In this document: piece after piece, positions 51,575 through 63,870 of the stretch
How the letters are laid out: the number at the start of each line of letters is the position of its first letter
Position numbering within the stretch: position 1 is the stretch's first letter
Assembly: GCA_964016885.1 (NCBI GenBank)
Contig: OZ024743.1
Coordinates: 272,056,001-272,120,000 of the forward strand
Reading direction: 5' to 3'
Source: Eledone cirrhosa
Taxonomy: Eukaryota
DNA length: 64,000 bases
Translations under genes and position numbers: made by a program
Notes under the pieces: generated by a model
What the model saw: the letters and a program-made list of their open reading frames with translations, nothing else
The model's database searches: none
Told to the model about the DNA's origin: nothing

Positions 51575-54010
51575 TAATAATAATAATAATAATGAAATTA
51601 TTGTGTACAGTGCTCAGGTGCACTACAACTCATCAAAGGTGCATGTATAGTACATAGAATAATGTACAAATGTCAGGAAGATGAACAGTGTATGAGTCAT
51701 GATATAATAATAATAATAATAACAATAATGAAATATTGTGTACAGTGCCCAGGTGCACCACAACTCATCAAAAAAGTGCATGTACAGTACATACAGCAAT
51801 GCACAAACATCAGTAAAATGAACAGTGCACGAGTCATGATACATACATGTGTGCATGTGTATGGAAGGGGTACATCAGGTGTAGTTTTGGCGTATTTCGG
51901 GAAGCATGAGTGTCTTAAAGGATGCAGTGTCTCGGCAGCTAACAACTGATGCAGGCAGTTTGTTCCATGCTTCAGCAACTCTGAGCGTGAAAAAATGTCT
52001 ACGAAAGTCATGGGAGCTGTGCTGTTTTCTGATCTTGTAGGCATGTCCACGTGTGTTAGACACATGGAGATCAAAGAGGCGCTCAGGGTTGCAATTGGCG
52101 AGATGGTTAAAAACTTTGTGGGTATTCACCAAGTCCATTGCCAGACGTCGGAGCTTCAATGAATCCATGCCCAGGGAAGCAAGGCGTTCAGAGTATGGTA
52201 GGTGTCTGTTGGAGGGTATGCGCTTGGTTGCACGTCTCTGAACAGTTTCCAGGAGGTCAATGTTCTGAGCAAGATAGGGGTTCCAGACTGATGATGCGAA
52301 TTCCAAGTGTGGTCGTACCATAGCTGTATACAGTTTTAAATAGATGGCTGGAGAGCGACTAACAAAGGTCTTGCTGAGTGATGCCAAGACACCCTCGGCC
52401 TTCTTGATAATCTTAGACACATGCTTTGTCCAACGCAAATCGTTGCTGACAGTAATGCCCAGGTCACGTTCACAAGAGGACTTTTTGATATCAGTGTTGT
52501 GGAGGGAGTATGTGGACGCTGGATTTTTCCTTCCAAAATGCATGGTGGTACACTTGTCCACAGCCAGCTTCAGTTGCCAGTCTGTGATCCATTGCTGCAT
52601 TGTGACCAGGTCTGATTGTAGGAAAGAGTTGTAAATTTCAGGATCAGTCCTTTTGATTTCAAGGTACAGCTTGATGTCATCTGCATATTTCAGTACCGTG
52701 GCATTCTGTAAGTTGGCATCTATGTCATTAATATATGCCACAAACAAAAGAGGACCAAGAACAGATCCCTGTGGTACACCAGATGACATCTCATATGGTG
52801 AAGAATGCTGTCCTAGAACCGTGACTACTTCTTTTCGGCTGAGAATGAAGGATTTCAACCAGTCGAAAAGATCATCCCTCACACCCATTGCAGAGAGTTT
52901 TGCCATAAGTCTTTTGTGTGGCACAGAATTAAAAGCCTTAGCAAAGTCAAGGTAAACAACATCCACCCATGAGCCGCTGTCAGTGATCCGGGTGATGTCC
53001 TCAAGGAACTCGATAAGCTGATCACAGCAGCTGGAGTTAGGGATAAATCCAAACTGTGAGGGCCGGATGAGGCTGTGAGAGCTCCAGAAGTTCCAAAGTG
53101 TTTCTCTGACACAGGATTCCATCAGTTTGGTCATACAGCTAGTAAGACTGACTGGACGATAGTTGACAGGTGACATGCGGTTGCCCTTTTTGAACAGGGG
53201 AATGACACTGGCAGTTTTCCACTGCTCCGGAGTAGCACCATTGTTGAGACAGTATTGAAAGAAGAAAGAAAGCTGGCGCAAAAGGAAATACCCGCCACGT
53301 TTGAGAAGCAGGTATGTCACACCATCAAGACCAGGGGAGGCATAGTTGCGCTTATTCTTAAGGTGACGTCGCAACATTGCAGGTGTAAATTCCATAGTTG
53401 TTATGGAATTTGATGTTGGAGATGGTACATTCTGGTTTTCAACAGTAAAAATACTTGCATAGCACTCAGCAATGAGTTCTGCGCATTCCTTGGGATCGTC
53501 AGTGATCTGGCTTGTGTGGGGATTGCGAAGAGGACCAACTGGAGAGTGAGGTCTCTGCTTTGAATGAACATATTTCCAGAACACCTTACTGTCAGGATTG
53601 GTTGCGATGCACTGTTCAAATTCAAGCACTGCCTTCTTTGTCACTTGCTTGAGAGGGTTAGAAGATTTATTCCGCTTTTTTCTGTTGGCATCTGATTTAT
53701 GCAGTTTATATTCCCGTTCAGCGTTCCGACGTTCTTTCCTGGCAAGTCGGACCGCTGAAGTTTCCCAGATTGCACTTTTGGGGTGATTATTTTTCCGCTT
53801 CCGTGGCACTGATGCTGCACACGCTATCCATATTGAGTCCAGGATGCTCTGGAGTATAGAGTTCACATCTCCAGAGTTATACATCTCATGCCAGTTTGGG
53901 CGCTGTAGCTCAGTGCAGTACAAGTTCCAATCCGCCCTCTTCCAATCAAAGCAAGCAGATTGGAGATGGCTCTGGTTTTTGTTGCTGCCCTCAAGTGCCA
54001 GATTGGCAAT
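51575..54010 (-). mobile_element. 5'-truncated CR1-type LINE with open 682-aa RT ORF (53923-51875)
   Basis: SPGLDG, VIPLFKKG, NYRPVSLTS, YLDFAKAF, SGVPQGSVLGPLLF, YADD, RDLGI and FF..RV...WN.LP. (TTA)n tail. An extra 3'-end copy lies at 51575-51702. Confidence 0.95.
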
Positions 54011-54429
54011 GATATATTGCTGAACATTTGTCGAAGGAAGTATTGTTTATGGGGGATATAAAACAATGTCATCATTCTTTTATAAATGGTGTTGATATGA
54101 TGTTTTCGGTGACTAAAATACCCCCCCCCCCCCCCATACACATATACATATACATACATATCTGAAAATATTGAAGAGATAAGACACTTTCCCATTCTTC
54201 TCTGCTAAAATGTATCACTAGAGCTGATTCCAATTTTTCCAGCCATCCATCTAATCTACGAAGGTATTTTAGCCTACATATTGTCGTTAATATTATGATG
54301 TTCCCTGCTGTATTAGCGTTAAATTTTCCCTGCTGTATTAGCGATAAATTTTCGAGGGTTTCTCTTAGTAGTTTTTTCATGACATTATTATTGTTAATTT
54401 TACTGATGTAGTATTAACTTGGATATTTA

Positions 54430-57400
54430 CCATGCGACCCTCAGTTCCTACCTCACAATTCCCCCCCCCCCCCCACACACCACCATAGTCTATTCGACCA
54501 ATCAAACCTAGCATGCCATTTCCACTGCTGCTGCTACTACCTGCCTAACTAACTCTCTCCTCCTCTGGCGCATCCCAACACACCCTGCCATTACCCCACC
54601 ACCACTGTTCTTCTAGCCCTCAATTTTCCCACCGTTATGGATGGATGAGCTGGGAATACACGAGCAACTCTGAATCAATAGATGAAATATGAATCTGCGA
54701 GCTACCAAGCACCCACGTGAAGCGCCAACCCAGAGACCCTCCCCTACGAGTGTCGACAAATGCCCAAAACTCCGAGTTGGTACCATCAATGTAGGCTCAA
54801 TGAAAGGAAGAGCAGGAGAAATCGTAGAAATGCTAGAGCGAAAGGAAGTTGATGTATGCTGTGTGCAAGAGACTAGATGGAGAGGAGGGTCTGCTAGAGT
54901 CCTTGTAGGAAAAAGCCAGTGCTACAAATTTTTCTGGGTGGGAAATGACGATGGGATGGGTGGTGTAGGTATACTATTAGCTGACAAGTGGGTAGATAAA
55001 GTAATCTCAGTGTACAGGGTAAATGCAAGAATCATTAAACTCAGACTAGTCCTGAATAAGACAATTACCACAATAATATCAGCTTACGCACCCCAATCGG
55101 GGCTGCCAGACGAACTTAAGGATAGGTTTTACGAGTCCCTAATACACACTACTGCTCTAACAGACGACAAGGACTTCCTAATCATTGCAGGAGATTTTAA
55201 CGGACACGTAGGTAAACACTGCGACGGCTTCAATAGAGTACATGGAGGCCATGGAGTTGGCACAAGGAATGAGGAAGGATTCAGACTTCTAGAATTCTGC
55301 GACGCCAATGACATGTCGATATGTAACACAAACTTTAAAAAACCCGACAACCACCTGATCACCTATAGATCAGGGGAGCATTCTAGTCAGTTAGATTTTA
55401 TCCTCATCAGAGGACGTGACAGATGGACGGTCGTAAATACAAAAGCCTTCCCTAGTGAGGAATGTACATCCCAACATAGCTTAGTTGTCAGCGACCTCAC
55501 GGTCAGAACTAGACGAGCCCTGAAACAGAGGCCAACCTGGAGAAGAAAGATCTGGAAGCTGAAAGTCCCCTCAACCAGTAACAGATTTAAAGATATTTTA
55601 CTCAACGCCTACGACAGTAAAGAAGAACAGATAGAGACATTTAACGTAGAAGAGAACTGGGAGTTCCTAAAAAATAACTTACTAGAGGCGACGGATGAGG
55701 TTTGTGGCTGGAGTAAGACCTCAAGCAGGAGGAGAGTGACTTGGTGGTGGAACAATAAGGTAGATGAAGCAGTCAAGGCCAAGAGACAGGCATGGAAAGA
55801 ATGGAAGAACGGGGGGAGCAGGGTACATTACATAGAGACCAAGAGGGAAGCTAGGCGACAAGTATACTTAGCTAGGAGGGAAGCAGAGGATAGAAAATTC
55901 AAGCATGTTTTGCAACGTGAGGACCAGAAACAGGAGGTATTCAAGATTGCGAGGCAGTGTGTCAGAGATAGTTGTGATGTCATTGGAGAGAAGTGTATCC
56001 GGAATGATAAAGGTGAGCTTGCCCTCACAAGTGCTGAGAAGAAAGATGCATGGAAGAGTCATTATGATAGATTACTAAATGAGGAGAATGCATGGGAAGA
56101 AGAGACCCTACCCCACGTAGACCCTATAGAGGGACCAGCAGTACAAGTCAGCGGCAGCGTAGTAAGTAAGGCAATCAGAGATATGAAGATAGGGAAGGCA
56201 ACCGGTCCATCGGGTATAGCTGCCGAGATGCTGAAGGCATCTGGGTCTGTAGGTCACACTATAACCACACGTATCGTTAACCAGGTAATACTAGAGGGGG
56301 CCATACCAAAAGATTGGTGCAGTAGCATCATTGTCAACTGCTACAAAGGTAAAGGCGATGCACTAGATAGAGGAAACTATAGAGGTATAAAGTTGATGGA
56401 CCAGGTCATGAAAGTAACAGAAAGAGTTATAGCACAGCTGATTAGGGACCGGGTGAATATAGACGAGATGCAATTTGGGTTTGTACCAGGGAAAGGCACC
56501 ACTGATGCCCTCTTCCTTGTGAGGCAATTACAGGAAAAGTACCTAGCTAAAAGTAAGCCACTCTACTTGGCATTTGTCGACCTTGAGAAAGCCTTTGACA
56601 GAGTTCCACGTGCAGTAATCTGGTGGGCTCTTAGAAAACTAGGAGTAGATGAATGGCTTGTGAAAGCGGTACAAGCCATGTATAGGGGAGCAGTCAGCAA
56701 AGTTAGGATTGGCAATGAGTATAGCGAGGAATTTAGCGTACAGGTTGGGGTCCACCAGGGCTCTGTTCTTAGCCCTCTCCTGTTCATCATAGTCCTGCAG
56801 GCAATAACGGAGGAGTTTAAGACCGGATGCCCATGGGAACTCCTGTATGCTGATGACCTCGCACTCATAGCTGAATCTATGGTAGAACTAGAGAATAAAT
56901 TCCAAACCTGGAAGCAGGGACTAGAGAGAAAGGGCCTCAAAGTCAACATGACAAAGACTAAGGTCCTTATAAGTAGACGAGAAAACAGAACCCAGATCCC
57001 CTCAGGGAAATGGCCTTGCTCAGTATGTAGGAAAGGTGTAGGTAGGAACTCCATTCTCTGCCCCAAATGCAAACAATGGGTACACAAGAGATGTAGCGGG
57101 ATCTCAGGAAGCTTAATTAAGAATGTAGGATTCACATGCAGCAGCTGTGCTGAAACAGCAAGCAAACAGCCACAGGAAACAAGTACCACCAATCTCTGGG
57201 AGGGCCCTGTAGAAACAGTAGACAGCTTCTGCTACCTAGGTGACCGAATTAGCAACGGAGGTGGGTGCTCAGAAAGTACAATAACTAGGGTAAGAACGGG
57301 ATGGAAGAAGTTTAGGGAACTACTACCACTGCTAGCTGCAAAAGGCTTCTCCCTCAGAATGAAAGGCAGACTGTATGATGCGTGTATCCGAACAGCGATG

Positions 57401-58105
57401 TTGCATGGTAGTGAGACCTGGGCGCTGAAGGTGGAAGACTTACGTAGATTAGAGAGAAACGAAGCCTGCATGCTCCGATGGATGTGTGACAGTAATATAT
57501 GTGAACGACAAAGCATAAAGGAATTGAGAGAGAGACTGAGCATAAGAGGAATCAAATGCTGCGTGCAGGAGAGGCGGTTACGCTGGTATGGACATGTGAT
57601 GCGTATGAAGGATGACAGCTGCATAAAAAGGTGCAGAGCACTAGAAGTTGATGGAAACCGCGGAGTGGGGAGACCCAAGATGACTTGGGATGAGGTGATA
57701 AAAGCCGACCTTACCCAACTACACCTCTCAAAGTCAATGACACACGACCGTGACTTCTGGCGTCACGCAGTAATACAGGGTACCCGACCTCCCATGGGTA
57801 CATGCTGAAGCATATAAACAATATGCCCCCCCCGCCCCCCACCGCAAGGTGGTCGTGGAGGTGCCACGGCAAAAAAGCACCCAGCCCACACTGTAAAGTG
57901 GACGTGTAGGCGCCACGAAAAAGCACCCAGCACTCACTGTAAATGAGGTTGGTGTTAGGAAGGGCATCCAGCTGTAGAAATCAAGCCAGATCAGTTCCTG
58001 TATGAGCAAGGCATGGTCAGCCGACCAGACACTGCCCACAACAGGACAACCCGTCTAACCCATGCTAGCGTGGAAGAACGGACGTAAAACGGTGATGATG
58101 ATGAT
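54430..58105 (+). mobile_element. Apparently full-length RTE-clade LINE (family A)
   Basis: C-rich 5' leader, single intact ORF, ~300-bp 3'UTR with terminal hairpin and (GAT)n tail. The 5' boundary is approximate and no clear TSD was found. Confidence 0.93.
54689..57808 (+). CDS. RTE LINE ORF: APE endonuclease plus reverse transcriptase with inserted PHD-type finger (1039 aa)
   Basis: EN motifs GTINVGS, CVQETRW, SAYAPQ, GDFNGHVG, LDFIL and SQH. RT motifs NYRGI, QFGF, FVDLEKAFD, QGSVLSP, YADD and YLG. C-terminal RRLRWYGHV..GRPK.TW. Confidence 0.96.
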   Translation: MNLRATKHPREAPTQRPSPTSVDKCPKLRVGTINVGSMKGRAGEIVEMLERKEVDVCCVQETRWRGGSARVLVGKSQCYKFFWVGNDDGMGGVGILLADKWVDKVISVYRVNARIIKLRLVLNKTITTIISAYAPQSGLPDELKDRFYESLIHTTALTDDKDFLIIAGDFNGHVGKHCDGFNRVHGGHGVGTRNEEGFRLLEFCDANDMSICNTNFKKPDNHLITYRSGEHSSQLDFILIRGRDRWTVVNTKAFPSEECTSQHSLVVSDLTVRTRRALKQRPTWRRKIWKLKVPSTSNRFKDILLNAYDSKEEQIETFNVEENWEFLKNNLLEATDEVCGWSKTSSRRRVTWWWNNKVDEAVKAKRQAWKEWKNGGSRVHYIETKREARRQVYLARREAEDRKFKHVLQREDQKQEVFKIARQCVRDSCDVIGEKCIRNDKGELALTSAEKKDAWKSHYDRLLNEENAWEEETLPHVDPIEGPAVQVSGSVVSKAIRDMKIGKATGPSGIAAEMLKASGSVGHTITTRIVNQVILEGAIPKDWCSSIIVNCYKGKGDALDRGNYRGIKLMDQVMKVTERVIAQLIRDRVNIDEMQFGFVPGKGTTDALFLVRQLQEKYLAKSKPLYLAFVDLEKAFDRVPRAVIWWALRKLGVDEWLVKAVQAMYRGAVSKVRIGNEYSEEFSVQVGVHQGSVLSPLLFIIVLQAITEEFKTGCPWELLYADDLALIAESMVELENKFQTWKQGLERKGLKVNMTKTKVLISRRENRTQIPSGKWPCSVCRKGVGRNSILCPKCKQWVHKRCSGISGSLIKNVGFTCSSCAETASKQPQETSTTNLWEGPVETVDSFCYLGDRISNGGGCSESTITRVRTGWKKFRELLPLLAAKGFSLRMKGRLYDACIRTAMLHGSETWALKVEDLRRLERNEACMLRWMCDSNICERQSIKELRERLSIRGIKCCVQERRLRWYGHVMRMKDDSCIKRCRALEVDGNRGVGRPKMTWDEVIKADLTQLHLSKSMTHDRDFWRHAVIQGTRPPMGTC

Positions 58106-58365
58106 ATGGTCTCTGGTTTAAGGAGGCCTTCCTACCTCTAACTAGTCTCAGAAGTTATGAAAATGCTCATAAGTACTGCCCTTCTCTGCCTGATTAAAGC
58201 ATTAAAAAAAACCCAGTGTCTTATTAGAATCTTTTCTCGGCTTTTCTCTTTTATGCTATCTCTCTCTTACCCCACTCTTTACCTCCCTCTCTCTCTCGTT
58301 CTTTAAAGAAGTTCAAACTCTTGTTGATAAATATGACATCTTCACCATTCTTTTTCTTTTTACAG

Positions 58366-58939
58366 AGCTGTACATATTTTACCAAACCGATTCCTGGGTG
58401 TAATTGGACGACATACTGATTTCCCAGTGGAGAACTTGAGTTTGTCTCGAGACAAAAAATTCTTAGCTAGTTGTTCTCACGATCAGAGTGTTAAATTTTG
58501 GAACCTTGACATTTTGTCTGATATTGAAGTGAACACCCAAGAGAAAGCCAAAAAATCTAATCGTTTGAATGCCTTGAACAAAGAAGACAATTTCTTTGCT
58601 GATTTTGGGAATGAACTTTCTGTGAACACTTCTGATATTCTTAGCAGTGACAGTGAGTCAGAAAGTTTGACCGATATGAGTGACATTGAGAATGTTGGCA
58701 GTGAAAATGGTTGCAACAAAAAGGCACAAGCCGGTGGAACAGATGAAGAATCTATAGAAATCTCAGACAGCGATGAAGATGACATCAGTGACATTGAGGA
58801 GGATGAAGATGATGACGATGAGGAGGAGGATGAACAGGACAATGATAAGAATGATGGAGTGGCTGAAGTTAAGTGTATGGATGTTGATAGTAAACAAAAA
58901 AAAAGTGATGTAGATGAAAACCAGAAAACAAACTCTTAA
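58366..58939 (+). CDS. WDR55: WDR55 exon 7 (terminal), with acidic C-terminal tail
   Basis: TTTTACAG acceptor in phase 2, AVHILPNRFLGVIGRHTDFPVENLSLSRDKKFLASCSHDQSVKFW...DNFFADF, then a D/E/S-rich tail and TAA at 58937-58939. Confidence 0.96.
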
Positions 58940-59134
58940 CAATATAAAAAAAAAAGGAGGGAGGGGTATTTTTTTTACTTTAGATATGAGAGAGAAAAAA
59001 TATATAAATGTGTATAAAAAGGAGAAAAGTTTTAAAAATGAAATGAAGTTAAACATTATTTTTGATATCACTTTTAATTTGGAAGTGTTTCAAGTATTTT
59101 ATTGTATTTTAGGTGGGTGGGGGTTCATACTGCC

Positions 59135-59140
59135 AATAAA
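59135..59140 (+). terminator. Candidate WDR55 polyadenylation signal AATAAA
   Basis: First canonical hexamer ~200 nt after the stop codon, followed by T-rich sequence. Confidence 0.5.
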
Positions 59141-60034
59141 AACTCATGTACCGGTTCTATTTCATTTTGCTATAATTAATCATCATCATCGTCTTTATGT
59201 TGACTTTTCCATGTTGGCATGGGTTGGATGGGACTTTTTGAGGCAATGTTTTACACCAGTTTGTCCTTCTTGGTACAATCCTTTTAGTTGCTTCTTCAAT
59301 GCGTATGAATACAGTATACTTGTGTTCTAAACTGGATATACATGGATAATTAGTTAATTGATTAATTTGTCAAAGATCTTCCATCACACCCTCTGACCTT
59401 ATCAAGGACAATGTATCCTTCATGCACTTTCTCCTTACCAGGACTTAGTCCTTGCTCTTTGTTTATTAGTCAGAAGACCTCAATGGTAAAATTTATTTTA
59501 CATATTCTATGTACGTGTTTTGTTGTTCTTTGGATCTTTGGGTTTATTACACCCAGATATACACACTAACACAATAACATGTATATTTTAAGGCCAGTTT
59601 CTCTGCTAAAAAAGGGTTGGTCTTGTGGGTCCCATTTTAAGCATTATAGGGTCTTTTATGAGGCAATATTTTATAACTGGATATTCTTCCTGGCACCTAC
59701 TCTTTTAGTCATCTCTTATGATATAAGAGGTACATTATCATCATCACCATTTAATGCCTACTTGCATGGGTTAGTTGGGCTGTCACGTACTGAACCCAGA
59801 TAGGTTAGGTGACCATATCTTATTTATATGCTTTACTTTTGGAGTTGGTTTTCTATGGACTCTAAACCAGATACACATAAATCTGTGCAGAGATTATCAT
59901 CACCAACACAAAAAAAAAGGGAGTCTACTAGATGAAATAAAAAAAAAAATTCTTATACCAACTAAGAGAGCTCAACACTAGCTGTGATCAACACTTTAAT
60001 ATCCAATCAAAATATATGAAATAATAACAACAGC

Positions 60035-60290
60035 AATGTGGCCTAGTGGTAAGGGTGTTGGACTTATGATCATAATGTTGTGGGTTTGATTCCTGAGCTG
60101 GGTTGCATGTTGTGTTCTTGAGAAAAACACTTTATTTTCACATTGCTTCCAGTATACTCAGCTGAAATTGAGTACCAGCAATAACTGGCATCCTGTCCAG
60201 GAGGGAATCTTGTGCTCTCAGTCGCTTCACACCATGAAACTGGAATAAGCACCAGCTTAACAAGACTTCTGGCTTAAGACAGACTTTAGA
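60035..60290 (+). mobile_element. Older CORE-type tRNA-SINE with a different tail
   Basis: TGGCCTAGTGG A box and GTTGTGTTCTTGAG.AAAACACTTT CORE-like segment. Confidence 0.65.
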
Positions 60291-61599
60291 ACAGTCAGAC
60301 AAATAAAAATATGCAGTTAGCATTGGTAGAATTATTATGACTTTTGGATACCAACCCACTTGAAATTACTCCTGGTTTTATGATACAAAGCTGCTCATTT
60401 TTAAGTGTTCATACTTATATCAAAACTTTTCATCAAAATTTTATATGAAAAACTTTTGTTATGTTCTAAACTTATGTTCTTAATAGTGAAAAAGATAAGC
60501 TATATTACTAAAGCCATTTACATTCCTCATTATTTTCAAAATTAATTGAAACATGGGCTATTAAATCTAAAAGACCTTTTTTGTTATGTATCAGCTTAAT
60601 AATGAGAAAGTTAAGCTATATTACTAATCCCCTTAAAATCTTTTATTGTTTTAAAAATCAATTAAAACACAGGCTTTGTATTTCATTAGAGATATGCCTA
60701 TAAGGGAACAAGGTGTAACATACTCATTCTAAAAATGGCTAACTGGTAGAATTGTGAGAATGTTGGATAGAATCCTTCATGATCTTTGTTCTGGCTCTGT
60801 ATTCTGGATTCAAAACCCACTGAGGACAACTTTGCCTTTGAGTCCAGTACTGGGGTCGATTTTCCATTTCTGGAAGAAATTAGTTGAGTTCAAACCTGGA
60901 GAGGAGATGGGCTTTGCCAGGTTTTAAATGCCCAAGGCATGCCATATTTGACTATGGCACCCCTTTGACTCCACTAGGAGTTATGGCCCCATTCATACAT
61001 ACTGAAACCGAGAAAACATACAGTCCATAGCTTCCAGATCATTAACAACGATATGTCTACTATATGTGGACTTGGATTATATATGTATCCTTGATCTCAC
61101 TGCTGTATATTCAAAGATTTTAGAGAGAAATAAGACACATATAAGGTTTCTGCTTTGACAAGTAGAAACTAATAAACTTGGTGATAGTTTTGTGGCCTGT
61201 AAAAGTGAAAGCACAAAACAGGTTGTGTCAACAGTTTTCCATGTTTTTACTTGGCAGGTGAATCTTGTATGTTTTAGAGAAATGAGTCAATGATTAGAGC
61301 TGATGTAACAGGGATGTAGTAGGTTGGCTCTCACTCTGTACTTAGGTACTTAGAATTTCTCTAGTGAAGTCTGCTGTTGGCATTTATGTCTGGAATTTCA
61401 AGAAGAAAGATTTGAATAAGAAACTTATTTTGTTATGTTGACTTCAGTGCAAGAATAACTGGGGTGAGGGGGGTAAAATACACTTCTGATGGGACCCTCT
61501 GGAAGGAGTGTTTGATGACTGTTCCCACGACCCTCTGGGGATAAGGGGGTGAAGAAAAAGAAGACAATATAGGGTTTTAAACGACTCTTCAGTCTGGAT

Positions 61600-61865
61600 G
61601 AGCATGTAACTCTGGTGCTGGTGCCACAAAAACGGCACCTTGTACATTCTGTAAAGTGGTAGGAGTGGTGCCATAACTGAAAAACACACCTATTGCATCC
61701 TCTCAGGTGGTTAGCATTAGGAAGAGTATTCAGCCATAGAAACCATGCCAAATATGGAAAGTATGAGCAAGATGAGGTTGCGCTGCTGACCTATCTGGTC
61801 TTGGATTGTGACAACTGTTCAACCCATACCAGCCTGGAAAACATAAAATGATGATAATGATGAAT
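61600..61865 (+). mobile_element. Decayed RTE 3'UTR
   Basis: GGTGCCACAAAA..CACC units, AACCCATACCAGCCTGGAAAA terminus and GAT tail. Confidence 0.7.
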
Positions 61866-62254
61866 ATCGTTTTTTGTTTATCTTAGTTTTCATGTATGTT
61901 AATCCTGTATTAACAGGCAAGACTAAAAACAATACTCATGCAGTTGGTATGGGGATACCATTATGAGGTGGGGTGGTCTGCTCACCTTAAATTCCAATGC
62001 TTTCAATCTATTCTATTGTAAGTACATCATATACACTAAATATAATTCATTCATAAATCAGATATTTAGCACTGATTATTAAACTATTTAATTGACAGTT
62101 TGAAATTGAGCCTATTTCCACCTTTGGAGGTGATGAGGGAGCCATGTACATTTTAACAACTGGCCAGAGCCTGTTATGTGCTTTAGAGGCATACATTTGA
62201 CATCTGGCCTGTGCCTTTTATGAATTGTGCAAGACTGACAAATGCTACCGGCAG

Positions 62255-62735
62255 TAGTAAAGTAGTACCAGTTAAGGACAAAAATGATCAACTGCTCATG
62301 ACAGAAAGAATAGTCAAAACGATGGATAGAACACTTCAGTGAAGTGTTAAACCAACCAAGCCCAACATCAACTTTAGAACTTGATAGAATGGAAAATGAC
62401 TCCAGTAATTCAGAGGTATTCCTTAGTGATAAAACAAAGGGAAAAATGCACAAGGCAATCCAGCTCCAGAAGAATAACAAATCCTCTGGATCAGACTCTA
62501 TGCCTGCTGAACTCTTAAAACACGGTTGAAATAGAAAAGCTAACAAAACTTGGAATGGCAATCTGGAACAAAGGAGGAGTATCTAATGAAAGGTCAAAAG
62601 GGATTGTAGTAAAAATCTCTAAGAAAGGAGTACTTGCTGATTGCGAAAATTGATGTGGTGTGACTCTTCTAATTATGTCCCGAAAAATCATATGTTGACT
62701 ACTGTTGAAAAGATTACAAAAGGAACTGGACCACA
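62255..62735 (+). mobile_element. Decayed RTE-clade RT N-terminal fragment
   Basis: RWIEHFSEVLNQP...KNNKSSGSDSMPAELLKHG...GIVVKISKKG.L.DC.N. Confidence 0.75.
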
Positions 62736-62789
62736 TATTATATATTTACTTATAATACACAGTCACACACACATATATACATGTGTGTG

Positions 62790-62825
<36 letters not shown>

Positions 62826-62957
62826 TGTATATACATGAATATATATGTAATATGTGTATGTGCATAGGCAGAAATATTTGCCATATTCCTCTATCTCAAA
62901 CTGTCATTCCAAAACGGAAAGAGATAGATAGAAAGCGAAAGGAAGAGAAGGAGGTGG

Positions 62958-62988
<31 letters not shown>

Positions 62989-63519
62989 AAGAGAGAAAGA
63001 GGTATTATATGTATATATATATATATCGACAGAGAGAAGTGTTAGAGAGACATTAAACACCCGACCTGTGTGATGTTACACTATTCTCATATGAGAGATG
63101 TCAGGTAGAATTAATTGGACAATAGTTTGTACTTGGCTACGATCTTACCTTTGTTTAAGTGACAAAAAACAGACAAAGACAAGGTTCCGGTTAGAAAATA
63201 TACATGCTGTAGAATGTTTTGTTATTCAACATTACTACACACACATATATATATATAAATATGTATATATATATGTGTGTATATGTATATATATATGTAT
63301 ATAGATGTATGTATCTAGAATTTTTTTTTTTTTTTTAATTTTCGTTTTCATTATCTCCCCCTGTCTCCCTTTTTCAATCTTTTATTTGTTATTTTGTAGT
63401 TGTTGTAGTTGTTGTTATAGTTTGCTTCTGCTAGCTTATGGTTTTCTTTTTTGACAAGGTTACCTAAATCAGTGTTTACATTCTCACTTTGCTCAACCAA
63501 ACTATGGCAAGAATGTTGC

Positions 63520-63527
63520 TGGACACA

Positions 63528-63571
<44 letters not shown>

Positions 63572-63870
63572 TACATATATATGGATATATATATATATAT
63601 ATATGTATACAAGCATGTGTATATTTATATATATATATTTGTGTATGTGTATGTATATGTATAATATATTTGTATGTATGTGTATATATATATTTATTTA
63701 TATGTATATATATATATATTTATTTATATGTATATATATATATTTATATGTATGTATATATATATATATTTATATATATTTATATATATATATATTTATA
63801 TGTATGTATGTATATATATATATTTTTATATATGTATATATATGTGTGTGGTGTGAATATATGTATATAA
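63520..63870. repeat. (TA)n/(TG)n compound microsatellite
   Basis: Low complexity. Similar tracts occur at 45655-46670 and throughout the window. Confidence 0.9.

Noticed and set aside
56563-57678. Long antisense ORFs over RTE copies
   Set aside because: Shadow frames of the LINE ORF with no independent motifs.
54445-58138. TTCCTACCTC on both sides of the intact RTE as a TSD
   Set aside because: The 3' copy lies ~23 nt beyond the (GAT)n tail rather than abutting it, so it is probably chance.
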